This document shows, one piece after another, positions 34,507 through 48,136 of a stretch of DNA of 64,000 nucleotides. The notes below the pieces were generated by a model. The model ran no database searches. It saw only the letters and a program-made list of their open reading frames with translations, and was not told where the DNA came from. Position 1 is the first letter of the stretch, and every line of letters begins with the position of its first letter. The translations under genes were made by a program, and so were the position numbers. Origin of the DNA: Microthyrium microscopicum (Eukaryota); NCBI GenBank assembly GCA_010405405.1, contig MU004231.1:2495860-2559859 (forward strand), written 5' to 3'.

Positions 34507-34611
34507 CCAGAACGATATTGCTGGGGTCAACTCCAACAGGTAAATGCCTACCCAATAAAAATGATTTATGCCATTAACATTCGAAGCGATGTCCAAAAGC
34601 CCGAATTTCCC

Positions 34612-35346
34612 ATGCCTAATGATGACACCCCCGATCCAAATGCTATTACCCGTGCCACTTATGGCCTCATTGGCGGCGCCGTTCAGAGCCCAAATGCTGC
34701 TTTGCAGTCGACAAAAAATGCAGCTCCTCTACATATGTTGCCTCAAAATCTCCGAAGACTATCAGACGGACTAAATGCTGCTGCGCAAATTCCAGCTGCA
34801 ATTATTCCAGCCCGCTTGGCCTGGGATGCTGTCGCAGCACAACCTCTTCCTTCGAATGAAAGCACCTCTGCGTCTGCTAGCATTGCTGGTCCATACCACC
34901 GCGAGTATTCTCCACCACCATTTCTGTCAGTCCAGACCAATCTTCAGCCTTCCGGCCAGGACTCGCCTATTGCGCCTAATTCACCTAGATCGCTGTTCGT
35001 TCAACCTGCGAGACCTGTCATGTCTCGTCGATCATCCATCAGCGACGGTCCCTTCAATGGCACTGCTTCGCTTAACCAATGGCCGCCTTCAATCGTAGAC
35101 CCTGACCTGCGTCCTACTCCTACTCGAAGCACTAGACATGCCAATCCATGGGCATCCACGCCAACTGGACACATCACTACGTCCGTGCCAGAGAGCAAAA
35201 CTGTTCGATACAAGTGCATTGATTGCGATCATCCGAACATTATTCCGGTTCCAATTCAGCACCGCTCACTGGTGTGCAAGGAGTGTGGTGGTCGAAAGTT
35301 TCTCAAGGAACAATCAAAAGCGATTCGATACATGACCTGCAACTAA
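34612..35346 (+). CDS. Protein with a disordered P/S-rich N-terminus and a C-terminal Rpb12/Rpc10-like zinc ribbon
   Basis: C-terminus VRYKCIDC-x16-CKECGGRKFLKEQSK resembles RNA polymerase subunit Rpb12. The start is uncertain (34561 or 34612). Confidence 0.55.
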   Translation: MPNDDTPDPNAITRATYGLIGGAVQSPNAALQSTKNAAPLHMLPQNLRRLSDGLNAAAQIPAAIIPARLAWDAVAAQPLPSNESTSASASIAGPYHREYSPPPFLSVQTNLQPSGQDSPIAPNSPRSLFVQPARPVMSRRSSISDGPFNGTASLNQWPPSIVDPDLRPTPTRSTRHANPWASTPTGHITTSVPESKTVRYKCIDCDHPNIIPVPIQHRSLVCKECGGRKFLKEQSKAIRYMTCN

Positions 35347-35584
35347 GGCCTTGACCTCCTTCTTTAATTCTCGAAGTTGTGGAGCACCAAGCATAGCAGA
35401 GTAAATGGCATAGACTGGAGCTCATGAGAGTCTTCAAGCGCGTTGGTCTCGCTCTGCTTTCGCACTTGGAAATTGCAGGCTGTGATTTCAGAACAGCAAG
35501 GGACAAGCAACGCTTATTTTGTCAGCTCATGGCTGTTAGCTGACTTGATTGATACCGGAATATACTCATGCAGACATGCAACGA

Positions 35585-35678
35585 GCCTGTACACTACTCA
35601 ATGCACTCCCCATTCACCAACTCCTTACGAGGCCTGTACACTACTCAATGCACTCCCCATTCACCAACTCCTTACGAG
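35585..35678. repeat. Perfect 47-bp tandem duplication in an intergenic/3'UTR region
   Basis: gcctgtacactactcaatgcactccccattcaccaactccttacgag at 35585-35631 and 35632-35678. Confidence 0.95.
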
Positions 35679-35916
35679 CGAGTAACAGTATACCCTATAC
35701 CCAACCCAGAAACCCTTGATAGTGTATAATTATGTAGCGTTCACCGGGTCCAAATGTACCTCGAAAGCAAGTCCAGTCCGCGAGGACTCTTGCCATCACC
35801 TGTCGGAAATTATTCAAAACACTGGTGATAGCCAGCACATTCGATGGCTCCCACGGATTGCATGTAGTAAATGAACAAACAATGAAACAAATCCGAAAGA
35901 TGCCTGTCCCCTGTGT

Positions 35917-37686
35917 CTAAGATTCACCCAACGCCCTGCTTAGAACCGTCCCTACTGTCTGCCCATGAGCCGCCAATGTCAACGCCGCCTGCTTAGCGGC
36001 CAGCAACCCACTCTCCAAGCGCCCATTGCGCGCCCGTACTGTATCCAGCTCCTCCTCCAGCCTCGACACCCTGCTCTGCGTACCTGGACTATACACCTTC
36101 AAATCCGCTTCACCAACATCGGCACCATCATGTTTTATTGCCAACATACTCTCCAATTGCCTAACCCGTCTCGTCAACCGTGCTTTTTCCGCCATCCACT
36201 CCGTCTCGCCCACCGATCCTATCATCCCACCTGTAACACTTGCACTTCCTTCCGCACCAGGGTGTAATTTCCCAGCCATGTCAACAATCCTCATCCACTG
36301 GCTTTTACTCTCCTCGCCCACCCGCCTCGCCTCATCTCTCTGACTTTCCAACATCCGCATATCTCGCTGCAAGCCCTCGATCCGATCTTCCAACCGCTCC
36401 TTATCCGTTGAAAGCGCAATGATTTCCGCGTCAGAGACTTTGAATTTCTTTTCAAAAGTGTCGCACTTTACACGCTGACGCTCGAGTTTTGCGAAAAGGG
36501 TTTCGTATTCTTTCGTTAGAGTTGTATAGTGGAGGGTTTGCACGGAGAGTTGGTGGCGTAGGTCGTCGATTACTGCGGCGTGCGCTGCGGCAGAGTGGTG
36601 GGATGTCGCCGAGTGGTGGGATATCGCAGACTGGGCTACGGAGGAGTGCGTGGAGGAGTGGATTGCGGAGGATGTAGGTATAGGAGGAGCCGACGATGAT
36701 GGAAGAAGAGAGGATGGGGGGAGCGTGAGGGAGGGAAATGTGGTGGATGGAAGGTTGGAGGATGAGGGAGATGCTGGGATAGATGTGAGCGAGTGGGCAG
36801 GCGGTGGAATTGTGATATGGAGGGAGACGGGGGAGGGTGGTGGGTGGGCTGTACTGCTATGTAGACGGGCGCGAGCTGATGGAAGCACTGTTGGGCTCGT
36901 TTTGTCGGCGGAAGTTGGTGGTTGGGAGGATGGATCGGGTGGATTTTGGGTTGATTGGGAGTCTCGTCGATCGGGTGGTTGTGGTGACGGAGGGCGAGGT
37001 ATGGACGAGCCGGCTTTTGGCGCGTTGCTGTCGAGAAGGGTTTTGAGTGATATGTTGCTATTTGTGAGGCGGTTACATATGGCTTCTAGCAATGTTGAGA
37101 GTGGCAATGAACTGAGTCCAGTCTCTATGGCTCGGTGGGTATCTGCATTACTTCCGTGTACTAACATCTCATGATGAGCTATTTGGCTGTTCAGTTTGGA
37201 GCTGAGGGAGCGCAAGGACACGCATTGAGACCCCGTACAGGATGCTGAACAGCATCTGCCTGGTGTGATCGATGGCTGATCGGATCGAGCTGTGAATGCT
37301 TCGTGAAAGGCCCCGGATATAAGTCTCTCACGACTCCTTGCGCCTTGATCGTCAACGCGGCGACGCTTTGAAGACGAAGACAATGGCTGGAATTCAAAAA
37401 ACTGCTGATTGAGGCCCATGATATTATCTGCGTTTTGCCCGATTAATGAATCTAGACTAGATGTTTGCCGATGTGAAGAATGCACGGTGCGTCGTGATTG
37501 TAACGGCCTTGGGTCTTGCTGGGCAGATGCTTCATTTGAAGGACGTCTCTGGATGTCCTGCAAACTGGACGTTGGCCCGATCGGTGCGGATATTATTTCA
37601 GATGCTACACCAGTAGAGCTTTCAGCCGGTGATAAGGCTTCTGAACCTTCCTCCCAAGGGCGTCTAGGTCGTGAATTATGAGCCAT
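35917..37686 (-). CDS. Hypothetical protein: S/P-rich disordered region plus C-terminal coiled coil
   Basis: Long ORF with heptad-rich DLRHQLSVQTLHYTTLTKEYETLFAKLERQRVKC...LEDRIEGLQRD. Confidence 0.7.
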   Translation of the reverse strand: MAHNSRPRRPWEEGSEALSPAESSTGVASEIISAPIGPTSSLQDIQRRPSNEASAQQDPRPLQSRRTVHSSHRQTSSLDSLIGQNADNIMGLNQQFFEFQPLSSSSKRRRVDDQGARSRERLISGAFHEAFTARSDQPSITPGRCCSASCTGSQCVSLRSLSSKLNSQIAHHEMLVHGSNADTHRAIETGLSSLPLSTLLEAICNRLTNSNISLKTLLDSNAPKAGSSIPRPPSPQPPDRRDSQSTQNPPDPSSQPPTSADKTSPTVLPSARARLHSSTAHPPPSPVSLHITIPPPAHSLTSIPASPSSSNLPSTTFPSLTLPPSSLLPSSSAPPIPTSSAIHSSTHSSVAQSAISHHSATSHHSAAAHAAVIDDLRHQLSVQTLHYTTLTKEYETLFAKLERQRVKCDTFEKKFKVSDAEIIALSTDKERLEDRIEGLQRDMRMLESQRDEARRVGEESKSQWMRIVDMAGKLHPGAEGSASVTGGMIGSVGETEWMAEKARLTRRVRQLESMLAIKHDGADVGEADLKVYSPGTQSRVSRLEEELDTVRARNGRLESGLLAAKQAALTLAAHGQTVGTVLSRALGES

Positions 37687-40600
37687 CAGAGAGTCTTGCT
37701 CCGAAAGCTGGCCATGCGGCTTCAAGATAGACTATGCCGTATAGAAAGATCCCGAGGAATATACGAGATGGTCTTTTTATTTTTCGAAAAGAATCAGCAG
37801 TGCCGTAAGTGCTAGTTTTAGCTCGGGGTGATCGGAGGTTGAAAGTAAGCTGACACCAAACCTGGAGATGGGAATAAGGGTGTTCCTAGGGCCTCAATTC
37901 TTGGTTGCGACAGATTCCCAGCTCTTAATAGAATGTTCTTAGCCATCGTCACATCACCTGAGACGCTAAGTTGCGATGTACGAAGCAAGGTGTACGAAAC
38001 AGGTTGAAGACTAATCAGCAGACGGATGAGTGGAGGGTAAAAGGCTGATTGGCAGTTGTTGGCAGAGAGGTACGCAGGTACCTCAGGCGAGTTTGGAAAA
38101 TGGTGACAGGGTGCAGCAGTTCACCACGGATTAGAGATCATTGAATACGATGCACACTGCTTGAGGGGATGAACAGGCTAAGCATGGGAAAAGCAAGTTG
38201 GTTTGCTGCAAAGTGTGGCCATAACTACGACGACATTGCTGAGTTGATATTGGTTGATATTTGTAAGCTCTCAGTTAAACTCTAAATGACGCCCATGCGC
38301 TATGCATGTATCAGCTGAATCATCAATGACGGGATCAGATTTGCAGATCGGTCAGTAATAATACGCTATGCCAAGCGGACTAGGAGAGATATTAAAGAGG
38401 TTGGAGACTGAAAACGTTGAAGATCTGACCTGCGGCCATCCATAGGATATATATTCAGAAAGATTAGATTTGTGGAGAGTAGGGAACATGTAGTCAAGCC
38501 CGAATATTACCGGGATAGAATACGATACACATTTCGATTATGAGCATTGAGGCTAAAAGCGAAAGCAACTGATCTACAAGGTCCAACCCCTGTCGAACCA
38601 CAAATTGATATTGTGGCTCATGAATTTCGCAGTTTCATCAACACGCTGTATCACGACATTACTCCTCAATATGCTTAGAGGACGTAGCTCTACCTTAGCT
38701 ATAGAATACAAGATATTCTTAAGCAGCAATAATTTTATACAGCTCTACAATACAACATCAAAGTTTTTGTTACGGCTAACGCATTTATGGTTCGACAGGG
38801 GTTGGACCTTGTACGGTACTGTACAGAACGCTTGGACAGCCTTGACGATCCCAGTAACTATCCTGGTGGTGCGCGCAAGTTTGTGCGGTAAGTAGTGCTC
38901 TTAACTCGGTTGGCTCATCATGGTTGATATGTTTACACTGCAGGAGGATTGAAGTAATAGTGCAGAAGGAGACTTTGATTGTGCATGGATGGACAATCTT
39001 ACTACCTATTTCGGTAAAACCTCAGGTCTGAGGTGCTGGGTGGATACAGTACCTGTGTATGATCGCGCGAGATGGCCAGCCTGTGAGCCCTTGAATTGTA
39101 GCACTGATGGACATGGGGACGATCGTCTGGTCAAGGTTCGTATTCGTATGTGATGGAGATATGGTTCCATCTCATTGATGCGCCCCAGAAAGAATTATGC
39201 ATGAACATTGAAGAAGACGAGTATGAAAATAGGAGAAAGAAAAGACAAAAGATACCTGTGCTTGGATACCTATTAGAAGTTAGGCAATGTCAATCTAATG
39301 AGTAAGCAGTTTAATCTGGTAGCAAGTACACAGTAAGCAAGTCGCCGGCGGCTCCCAAACGTGTCAAAACCGGAAGTCAAAACGATCCGCGAGATCCGGT
39401 TAAGCGCAACTGCAGTCCTCTCAACTACATCCCATGCCATCTGATGCCAACCTTGCTCACATCTCTATCTACACACTGAAATCGGACATGCAGGGGGACT
39501 AGCCCGAAGCTGCCGTACTTGTCCTTGATCAATACGGATATCGTACCACACTGGGACCAGCTGCTCATGCAGGTAGCATACTACGATTATAGAAGCTTCC
39601 AAGCTTTCCATCATTGATCGCGATCCAAATCATTTGATTACTGACACACGTGTGCTGGAGATACATACCACTGGGTTTTCGCTCACAACGAGACCATAGA
39701 ACGGAATTATCGCCTCTCTCAGGCACTCCATCAGGTGTCTACTGCCCTCAACGCGGTTCATCATCAGCCGGATCGTTGCTGAATTTGTATCATACTCTCT
39801 TCGAGTCACCGCAGTTCCCCTAACTTCCAAATACTAGTGCTGGGTGACAGTCTAGTCAGTGCCTCAAGGAATCAGGGGATGAATCATCATGAGGCTAAGA
39901 TTCAGCTTTACTTAACCTCGTCTCATCAGCTCGATTCAATTCAAAGAATTGTTCTTTGGCTCTGAACCAGTCATATTTCCGAGCTTAGATATCTATCCCG
40001 AGTGCACAAATTTCATATGAGCCATAGCACTTTATTCACACTTGAAGGGCGCCTCATCTGTCTGTCACTGGCCTGACATTTTGATGGGCGTTGAACGATT
40101 ACTCGGCGACAACCACTACATTTTAGCCAGAGAAAGAGCAAGGAGTAGGGACCCGACGAACGTGTGTTTGTTTGGAATTGAGACGCCTTTGGCCAGAGGC
40201 AGCGAGATGTTTGTGAGTTTTCGCTTACCTATGGCCTTACACGAGATGCACGAAGATTGGCATCAATCGGCATGGAGAAAGAACACAGACATGACACAAT
40301 GATGTTCGAAGCATTCATTTGTGAGCTAGACCTTACGCAGAGGTAGAGCTGTGAAAGAAATTGCAGCTATCTTGCAGTGATGGCGGCATCACGATATTTA
40401 GGCGGTATCCTAGGAGACGACACCAATATTTTTAGCACTCCCAAAATATCCAAGCTCCTGCCTTCAATAATTTTTTAAGGAAGCTTGCTCCAGGAATCAT
40501 TTCACTGCTATCGCGCTTTTTAGGTTAAGCCTTCTCAACCGCTCAACTATCCTCAGTCATTCACTAGGACGTGGGTATCGTCGCCTCAACCGGTTGTGTA

Positions 40601-40889
40601 AACAAGGCTAGCAAATCTTCTTTCACTTCTCCGTGTCTGAACAACGAGATTGCGAAGTATTTGACGTTGCTCCTTCCAGGTTGCAATTCAAGCCGCGCAA
40701 TGAGGAGCGTCTATTGTCGCTGGCTTTATTGTTGCGTGTCAACAATAGGAACCGCACCAACTCGCGTCCATACCCTTCTTCTCGCTGATCTCATTTGCGT
40801 ACCTCCAACGCAAACATTCTGTGATTCTTTCAATTCGTTACTTTCAAAGCGCCGTGAATTGCCTTATCTACGCGGTCACTACAGCAATC

Positions 40890-43399
40890 ATGAATCTGAA
40901 TTACGAGGCTTCAATAGAGTCGTCTACGGTCCAAAAGTTTCTTCCATCACTGGACTCGGAGGGATATCGCAAACTTTTGGCAATCAACAGAGCGCAGAAG
41001 CAATTGACACTTCCGCGTACTGCCGAGGATATAGCTTTTAAACTCCTCGAGCTGACATGGGATCTTCATCATCACGAAAAACATGCTGACATATGGCGAC
41101 GCCGAGTAAGTTCTGTCGGAGCCTCATAGACAAGAAATAGTATTCTAACAGTTTATAAGTTCCGAACCGCAAAAGCTCATCCACTCAAAGTGATATTGGA
41201 ACGAGTTCTTGCCAAGACGCGATCTCAACCTGTTCCAGAGTCTCTCATCGACGTCTTTGTCGATCCCAATGGCAACAGTTCTCGACCGCACAGCATAGAC
41301 TCCGTCTCGGATCTACCTTGGGACTCGTTACCTGATCTTGGCGACGAAGATTGGGAATATCTTTACTATGCCCTTGTCTGTAAGCTTCGAGAGCTCTATG
41401 TCGACATGCAAGCTCGATACAGCTGTTCCTTCATTGGCATCCAACACGTTCTACATGATCGTGGCCAAGATGGGGACAGTCCTGGGGAGCCTTTCAAGGT
41501 GGAGAGCATGAGAGATTACATTATCTCATACTGGTATCTCTTACATGATGATACATTCACTTCTGAACTCAATTCTGCGATCAAAACTCGGAAAATTGGT
41601 CTGCTTAAAGGCTCTAGCCTAGCTCCATCCTTTACGAACGATCCATATAAACCTTTTCAACTTCCAGCCAGTCACTTCCGGCCTACTACCCTACTCATGC
41701 AAAATACTGTCCACGGTCTCAAGAGCATTGGTCCAGACAATATGGAAGAGATCATGAACACAGTCTGCCATAAATACGGCTTGGATGGTTATGTCACGCC
41801 GGTTCTCTCGCCGTTTCTGAAGACTCGTGATGGACACTTGAGCGAGGGTCAACTGAATCTGAAGTTAGAAGATCAAGACATTTTCGAGTCACCCTTGGCA
41901 GCTCGCGCGCGGACTGCTTTGAAAGCTCCTCCTCATGCCCAAGCTATTCAACAATCTCCTGGCCCAGTCGGTGGATATATCTTGCAACCTCGAAGCTTCG
42001 AGTCTCCAGCACAAGCGGCTGCTCAGGTCCCATATAGCTCACAAGTCATACGACAGAGCCATCCTAAGACACCGCAACGTTCGAATGCCAATCGCCGTGA
42101 CGATGTGCAATCAATGCACGTTGACATCCACGGCAATCCCATAGCACCATGTGTTTGCAAGATCGGCTGTGTTTGTAAACCCATCTGTGACGACTACGCT
42201 GTGCCATGTATCTGCCAACTCAACGGCAATACGCCCAAAATCCCAACTCGTCGTAGACCTCCCATCGCCCATCTCTCCCCATCACGCAACAGCCGAGCTC
42301 CACCAAGCTCCCGCTCACCCACGATTCCCGAAAATATCAACGAAGACGAAAGCACGACTCCCACCCAAAAAGCTCTCCCGCCCGTCTTTTTCAAAATCCC
42401 GAGCCCCTCTTCAAATCTCGCACCCTCTTCTTCTGCACCAGACCTACAAATTGCAATCCATGGCAACCTCGTTCGCTCACCAACTGCAGCAACACTTCGA
42501 ACCAATCTTCGCAGCAACATGGACCGCTCACCTTCGCCTAAGCACAAAAAGACCGTCTCTTTCGACGAATCAGTTCCATATCAAGACTGTCCACCGCACG
42601 CTGTCCAGCCGCCACCACCACCTTCAAAAGACTATGCCACCGAATATACGCAACTCCTCCCTGACTATCCCGCCAATTCACCAACCGCTCATCACACACG
42701 CTCCGTGCCATCGAACCAGTCAATTCATCCAGCCGACATCCTCGCCGCCTGCCGTACCAAGAAATACGCAGAGCCAAGCAGTCCGCGCGCAAGTATGCGT
42801 ATCCCATTTACAGACAATGGATACTATGATTCAAGCCCACCTCATCAATTCCCAGAACCACCTAGTCCACCGCCAAACCATGCTCTTCCTACACCACCGC
42901 GTCCGCCACCACCAAATCACCCACTACCCTCTCCGCCTCGACCTCGTTCACCACAAGCTCACTCACCACCTGCGTCCCCAACCCGATCAAGCCCACAGCG
43001 ACCAGGCCAAGTAAGTCCCCCACCCCCCATGACGCACCCAGTACTAACCATACAAAGCCCCGCCACGTAAGCTACGTCCGAGCCGGCGGAAACATGAAAT
43101 TCGAAGACCGCGAACTCATCGACCCACCCTTCGCGCCACCGCCCATCGCCCCGCGTGCATTCTCAATGAGCAGAGATGAGTTTCTGGCTCGTGTAAATGC
43201 AGCTCAGGCGGAGACCGATCGTACATCACAGGGATCCGAAGGCCAAGGACCTACCATACAGCGAAGCGAGACTGGCGAATCCGAGAAGATGGAGCGGAAG
43301 CGCGAGAGTGGCAGTCCCAAGAAGCGCGAGAAGTTGAAGAAGCGGGTAAGTGATTTATTTGCATGGCGTAAGAGCGTTGGCGAGGAGCGTGATGACTGA
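40890..43399 (+). CDS. Hypothetical protein with a central Cys-rich cluster and a Pro-rich C-terminus
   Basis: ORFs 40821.., 41190..43070 and 43094..43399 are joined by canonical introns at ~41106-41158 and ~43011-43057. Confidence 0.65.
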
Positions 43400-44363
43400 G
43401 ATGATGTTGCGCGGTGTACTGGCTGGCTACTATGATGGAGGATGAGTAACCTGTTGAGGATGGGATGGTTTTGATTGAAGCTGTTATGATTATGAATGAT
43501 ACCCAGGAGTGAAGGCGTTCCAAGGCGAAGCCGTAAGGCGTAATGTCTGATTTGTTAATACACGCCCATGGGTATGTACGAATTGAGCTCAGGCTCATGA
43601 TAAATGTATAAATATCAATATCACATTGTCATGTGTATAAGAGGGGGAATTCAAAAACATTAAACCGAGCTACTACGCTCAATGCATTATTCTCGTAGAA
43701 GTACCTCGTAGAGTACACAACGTACAATCTAACATGCCCACCCCAACAGACATCCAGCAACTAGCCCAGCCAAGAGCCATTTCATGAACAGTCGATAAAC
43801 AGAAAACACCTGCCTGCGCTTCACCGCCCGATGAACACGCCCATGGTCCAGCGGGCGGTGGCGATACTCTATTGCAGAACAAAGTGAAGCCAAAAGAAAA
43901 AGGTTCAAAGTCAAAGAAGAGGTCCCAAATGGGAGACGCTTTGGAAACAAAACCAAGTCCTTGGGTGTCGTCTAGTAGCTTAGAGGGTCTCGATCCCGTG
44001 CTCAAAGAGGAATGTTAACGCTCCAGTGATCGCTCCAATGGCTGCTCCAAAATGTCGAATGGCGGGTGAATTAAGTCTTAGAGATATCAAATGGTATGGC
44101 AGGGAGTACGAAAAAATGCCATGCATGCACAAGAAATGAAGCAGATGCGATAAGAGTAGAAAGCTGCGCCGCCAGAGCGCAGAGGAAGACGTTTTGTGCG
44201 TGCCAGGATGGGAGAGTTGTTGTAGTAACGCGCGAATTTGCATGTCAAAAGCCGATGCTGCGAAAGTGGGTATAGTTCTGAAAAGGCTCGCTAGTGGAAA
44301 GATTTCGGTGATTCTTCTCTCCAGTATTGGTATAAGTGTCGTAAAAAGAAGTCGCGGTTGTTT

Positions 44364-45856
<1,493 letters not shown>

Positions 45857-46943
45857 GTCGAAAAGGAAAAAAGAGCGCCCGAGGGCAGATTAGCGATTCG
45901 AAAGGACAGACTGGAGTGTTGTAGGCGCAAAATGGAGCCGTGAAGTGGCGGAGTAAATGTATGTAAGACTCGGTGGGAAGGGTAAGGGGTTTTGCTTGGG
46001 GCGGAAGCTCTGCGGAAGGGGGAGGATTTGGAGGATGCAGGCGCGACCTGGAGATGGGAGATGATGGCGCGATGCGGAGAAGGGAGGTGATTGTAGTAGC
46101 GGAGAGATGTTGGGATTGGAGGTGTTGGTTATGTGAAAGGAGAGGGATTTGGGAATGTAGTAGTTGGTGTTGAGGTGGTCCAAAGTCGAGATACGAGAAT
46201 GGTACAAAGTGGTTAGTCTGATAATGATGGATCCGGGTCGCAGCGTCGCTTGAACTTTTGGCAGTCGCGGTACACTCTACGGTAAAGGAAGCTAACGTAA
46301 CGCTCCTGACTTCTTTAGAGGTTAGTGCGTGCCTCAGAAGCTTGGCACGCGACACCCGTTGCTGACTTCGAGGCCTGTCAATGGTTGGATTGGTTGGTTC
46401 GGCGCCGCATTCGCCAAAGAGGGAAGCTACAGACGCGTGGTTGCTCTAATCTTAACATCGCGCCTTCTAATCCTATCAATCCCTTTCTTTTCCACTCTTT
46501 ACCAGTGTACCACTTAGACATATCAAATGTAAATCTGTCTTTTGTACATCTTTATATCTTTCTTTAAGGCCAACCTCTATGATTCTGTATGCTTATCAAA
46601 TGCCAGTCCCTAACTGTCACTTGTCATTCCTTTCTCTTCTCTCATGTCATGCTTACCCTGCTAATCGATGCACTCCCTAACTAGCGTCACCAGCTTGACC
46701 AGCATCCCCGTAAAAGATATCAAAAATATCCCAAATCCCATATGCTAATCAAGAGAAGCTGGATCTTGGTTTCCAGAATTTCTTTACTCTGTTTCTTACG
46801 CATCTTCATCACATCAACCCAAGCCTCAACGAGTTTCCTAAACATAGGTGTGTTCGCATAATAATGCGAGCATGATTAGTATATCTAGGTAGGTACTAAC
46901 TCTATCGTACACTGGCATCTCCTATTCAATTCATTCATACCAT

Positions 46944-48136
46944 TCATGCCGTGACCGCAATATCACCACCACTTCGAGTCTTGAAGGTGTGGAACTGTAC
47001 AAATATAATCGCGTCCTCTGCTATAGTACCGATTGACCCAATAAGCCACGGCAGATTCGTAAGAACATAGTCTCTTTCCAGCGAATGGAATAAGATCTGT
47101 ATCAATCATTAGCAGCTTTCCGATACCAATGCGTCAGCAACTTACTCCAGCACCATAGGTAGCATTTCCTAGAAGCGACAGTATGAAGAATAGCAATGAA
47201 AGACCCTCGCAGGACTTTTCTCTCTGGTTCTTCACAATCTGTGGTATCCGCGCTCTATAACACACATCAAATTAGCCGGAAGTCTTCCCCATAATCCCAC
47301 CAATATGACTCCAGTTCTTGTTCAAAGTGACTTACCCAAGATAGCACACCGCACTCGCATACCCCAAAACCTGCGCTCCCAATGCAACCGGCAGATCACC
47401 CATATCTCCTCTTCCCTGCCCTGGCGAACCCGCATGCCCACTCTTCACCGGCTTCCACACGCCCGCTCTCCAAGCTAGTGCCCATCCCGCCGCGCCCGCC
47501 ACGCATACCATAATCACACTCAAACTGTTCTTTAACCATCCTCGACTATCGCCTTCCTCTTCCACAATTTGACCTAATGCAGTCGCACTAAGACTGCGGC
47601 GACGTGAAACCGTTGAACTAGCGGTCGAGCTTCTACGGCGCTGATGCGAGCCTGGAAGACCGAGATTCGATGCAGAATGTTGCGAGTTCATGGACGATTG
47701 GCGTGAAAGGAGCGGTTCGTGTTCACTATTCGTAGGTACAGGTAGGGTAGCCGAGGATTTGCGGCGCTTCACAGCGTTGAGACGGTTGTAGTATACGCAT
47801 TGCATAATAAGAATACAGTCTGCGAAGCAAAAATAGACGGCGAGCGCGATGACGGTAGGCACGAGATGGGCCCATGATGCGCCAAGGAGGTTGGTGATGT
47901 CGCCGAGAAACCAGACACTTAGAAATACTAGGGAGATGCCGTCGGCGGATTGGAGGCGGTAGTTTTCGATTAGCTGCGGGACCTGGAAATGATATTGTTA
48001 GTGAGCGGATAAGTATTGCTGGGGAGTGTCAAGTTACGAGGAGGAATATCCATGCGGCGAGAGATATTGATCCGAATATGCCGCTTAGTGCTTCGTTCCA
48101 TGTTAAAGGGATTGGTTTGGCCGTTATGATCTCCAT
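46944..48136 (-). CDS. PQ-loop vacuolar cationic amino-acid transporter (Ypq/Rtc2 family)
   Basis: SGIFGSISLAAWIFLL|VPQLIENYRLQSADGIS and a second PQ repeat ARIPQIVKNQREKSCEGLS; several short introns. Confidence 0.88.

Noticed and set aside
46327..46350. 7-bp inverted repeat GCGTGCC/GGCACGC upstream of the Anp1-family gene
   Set aside because: Short enough to occur by chance in 64 kb, with no supporting context.
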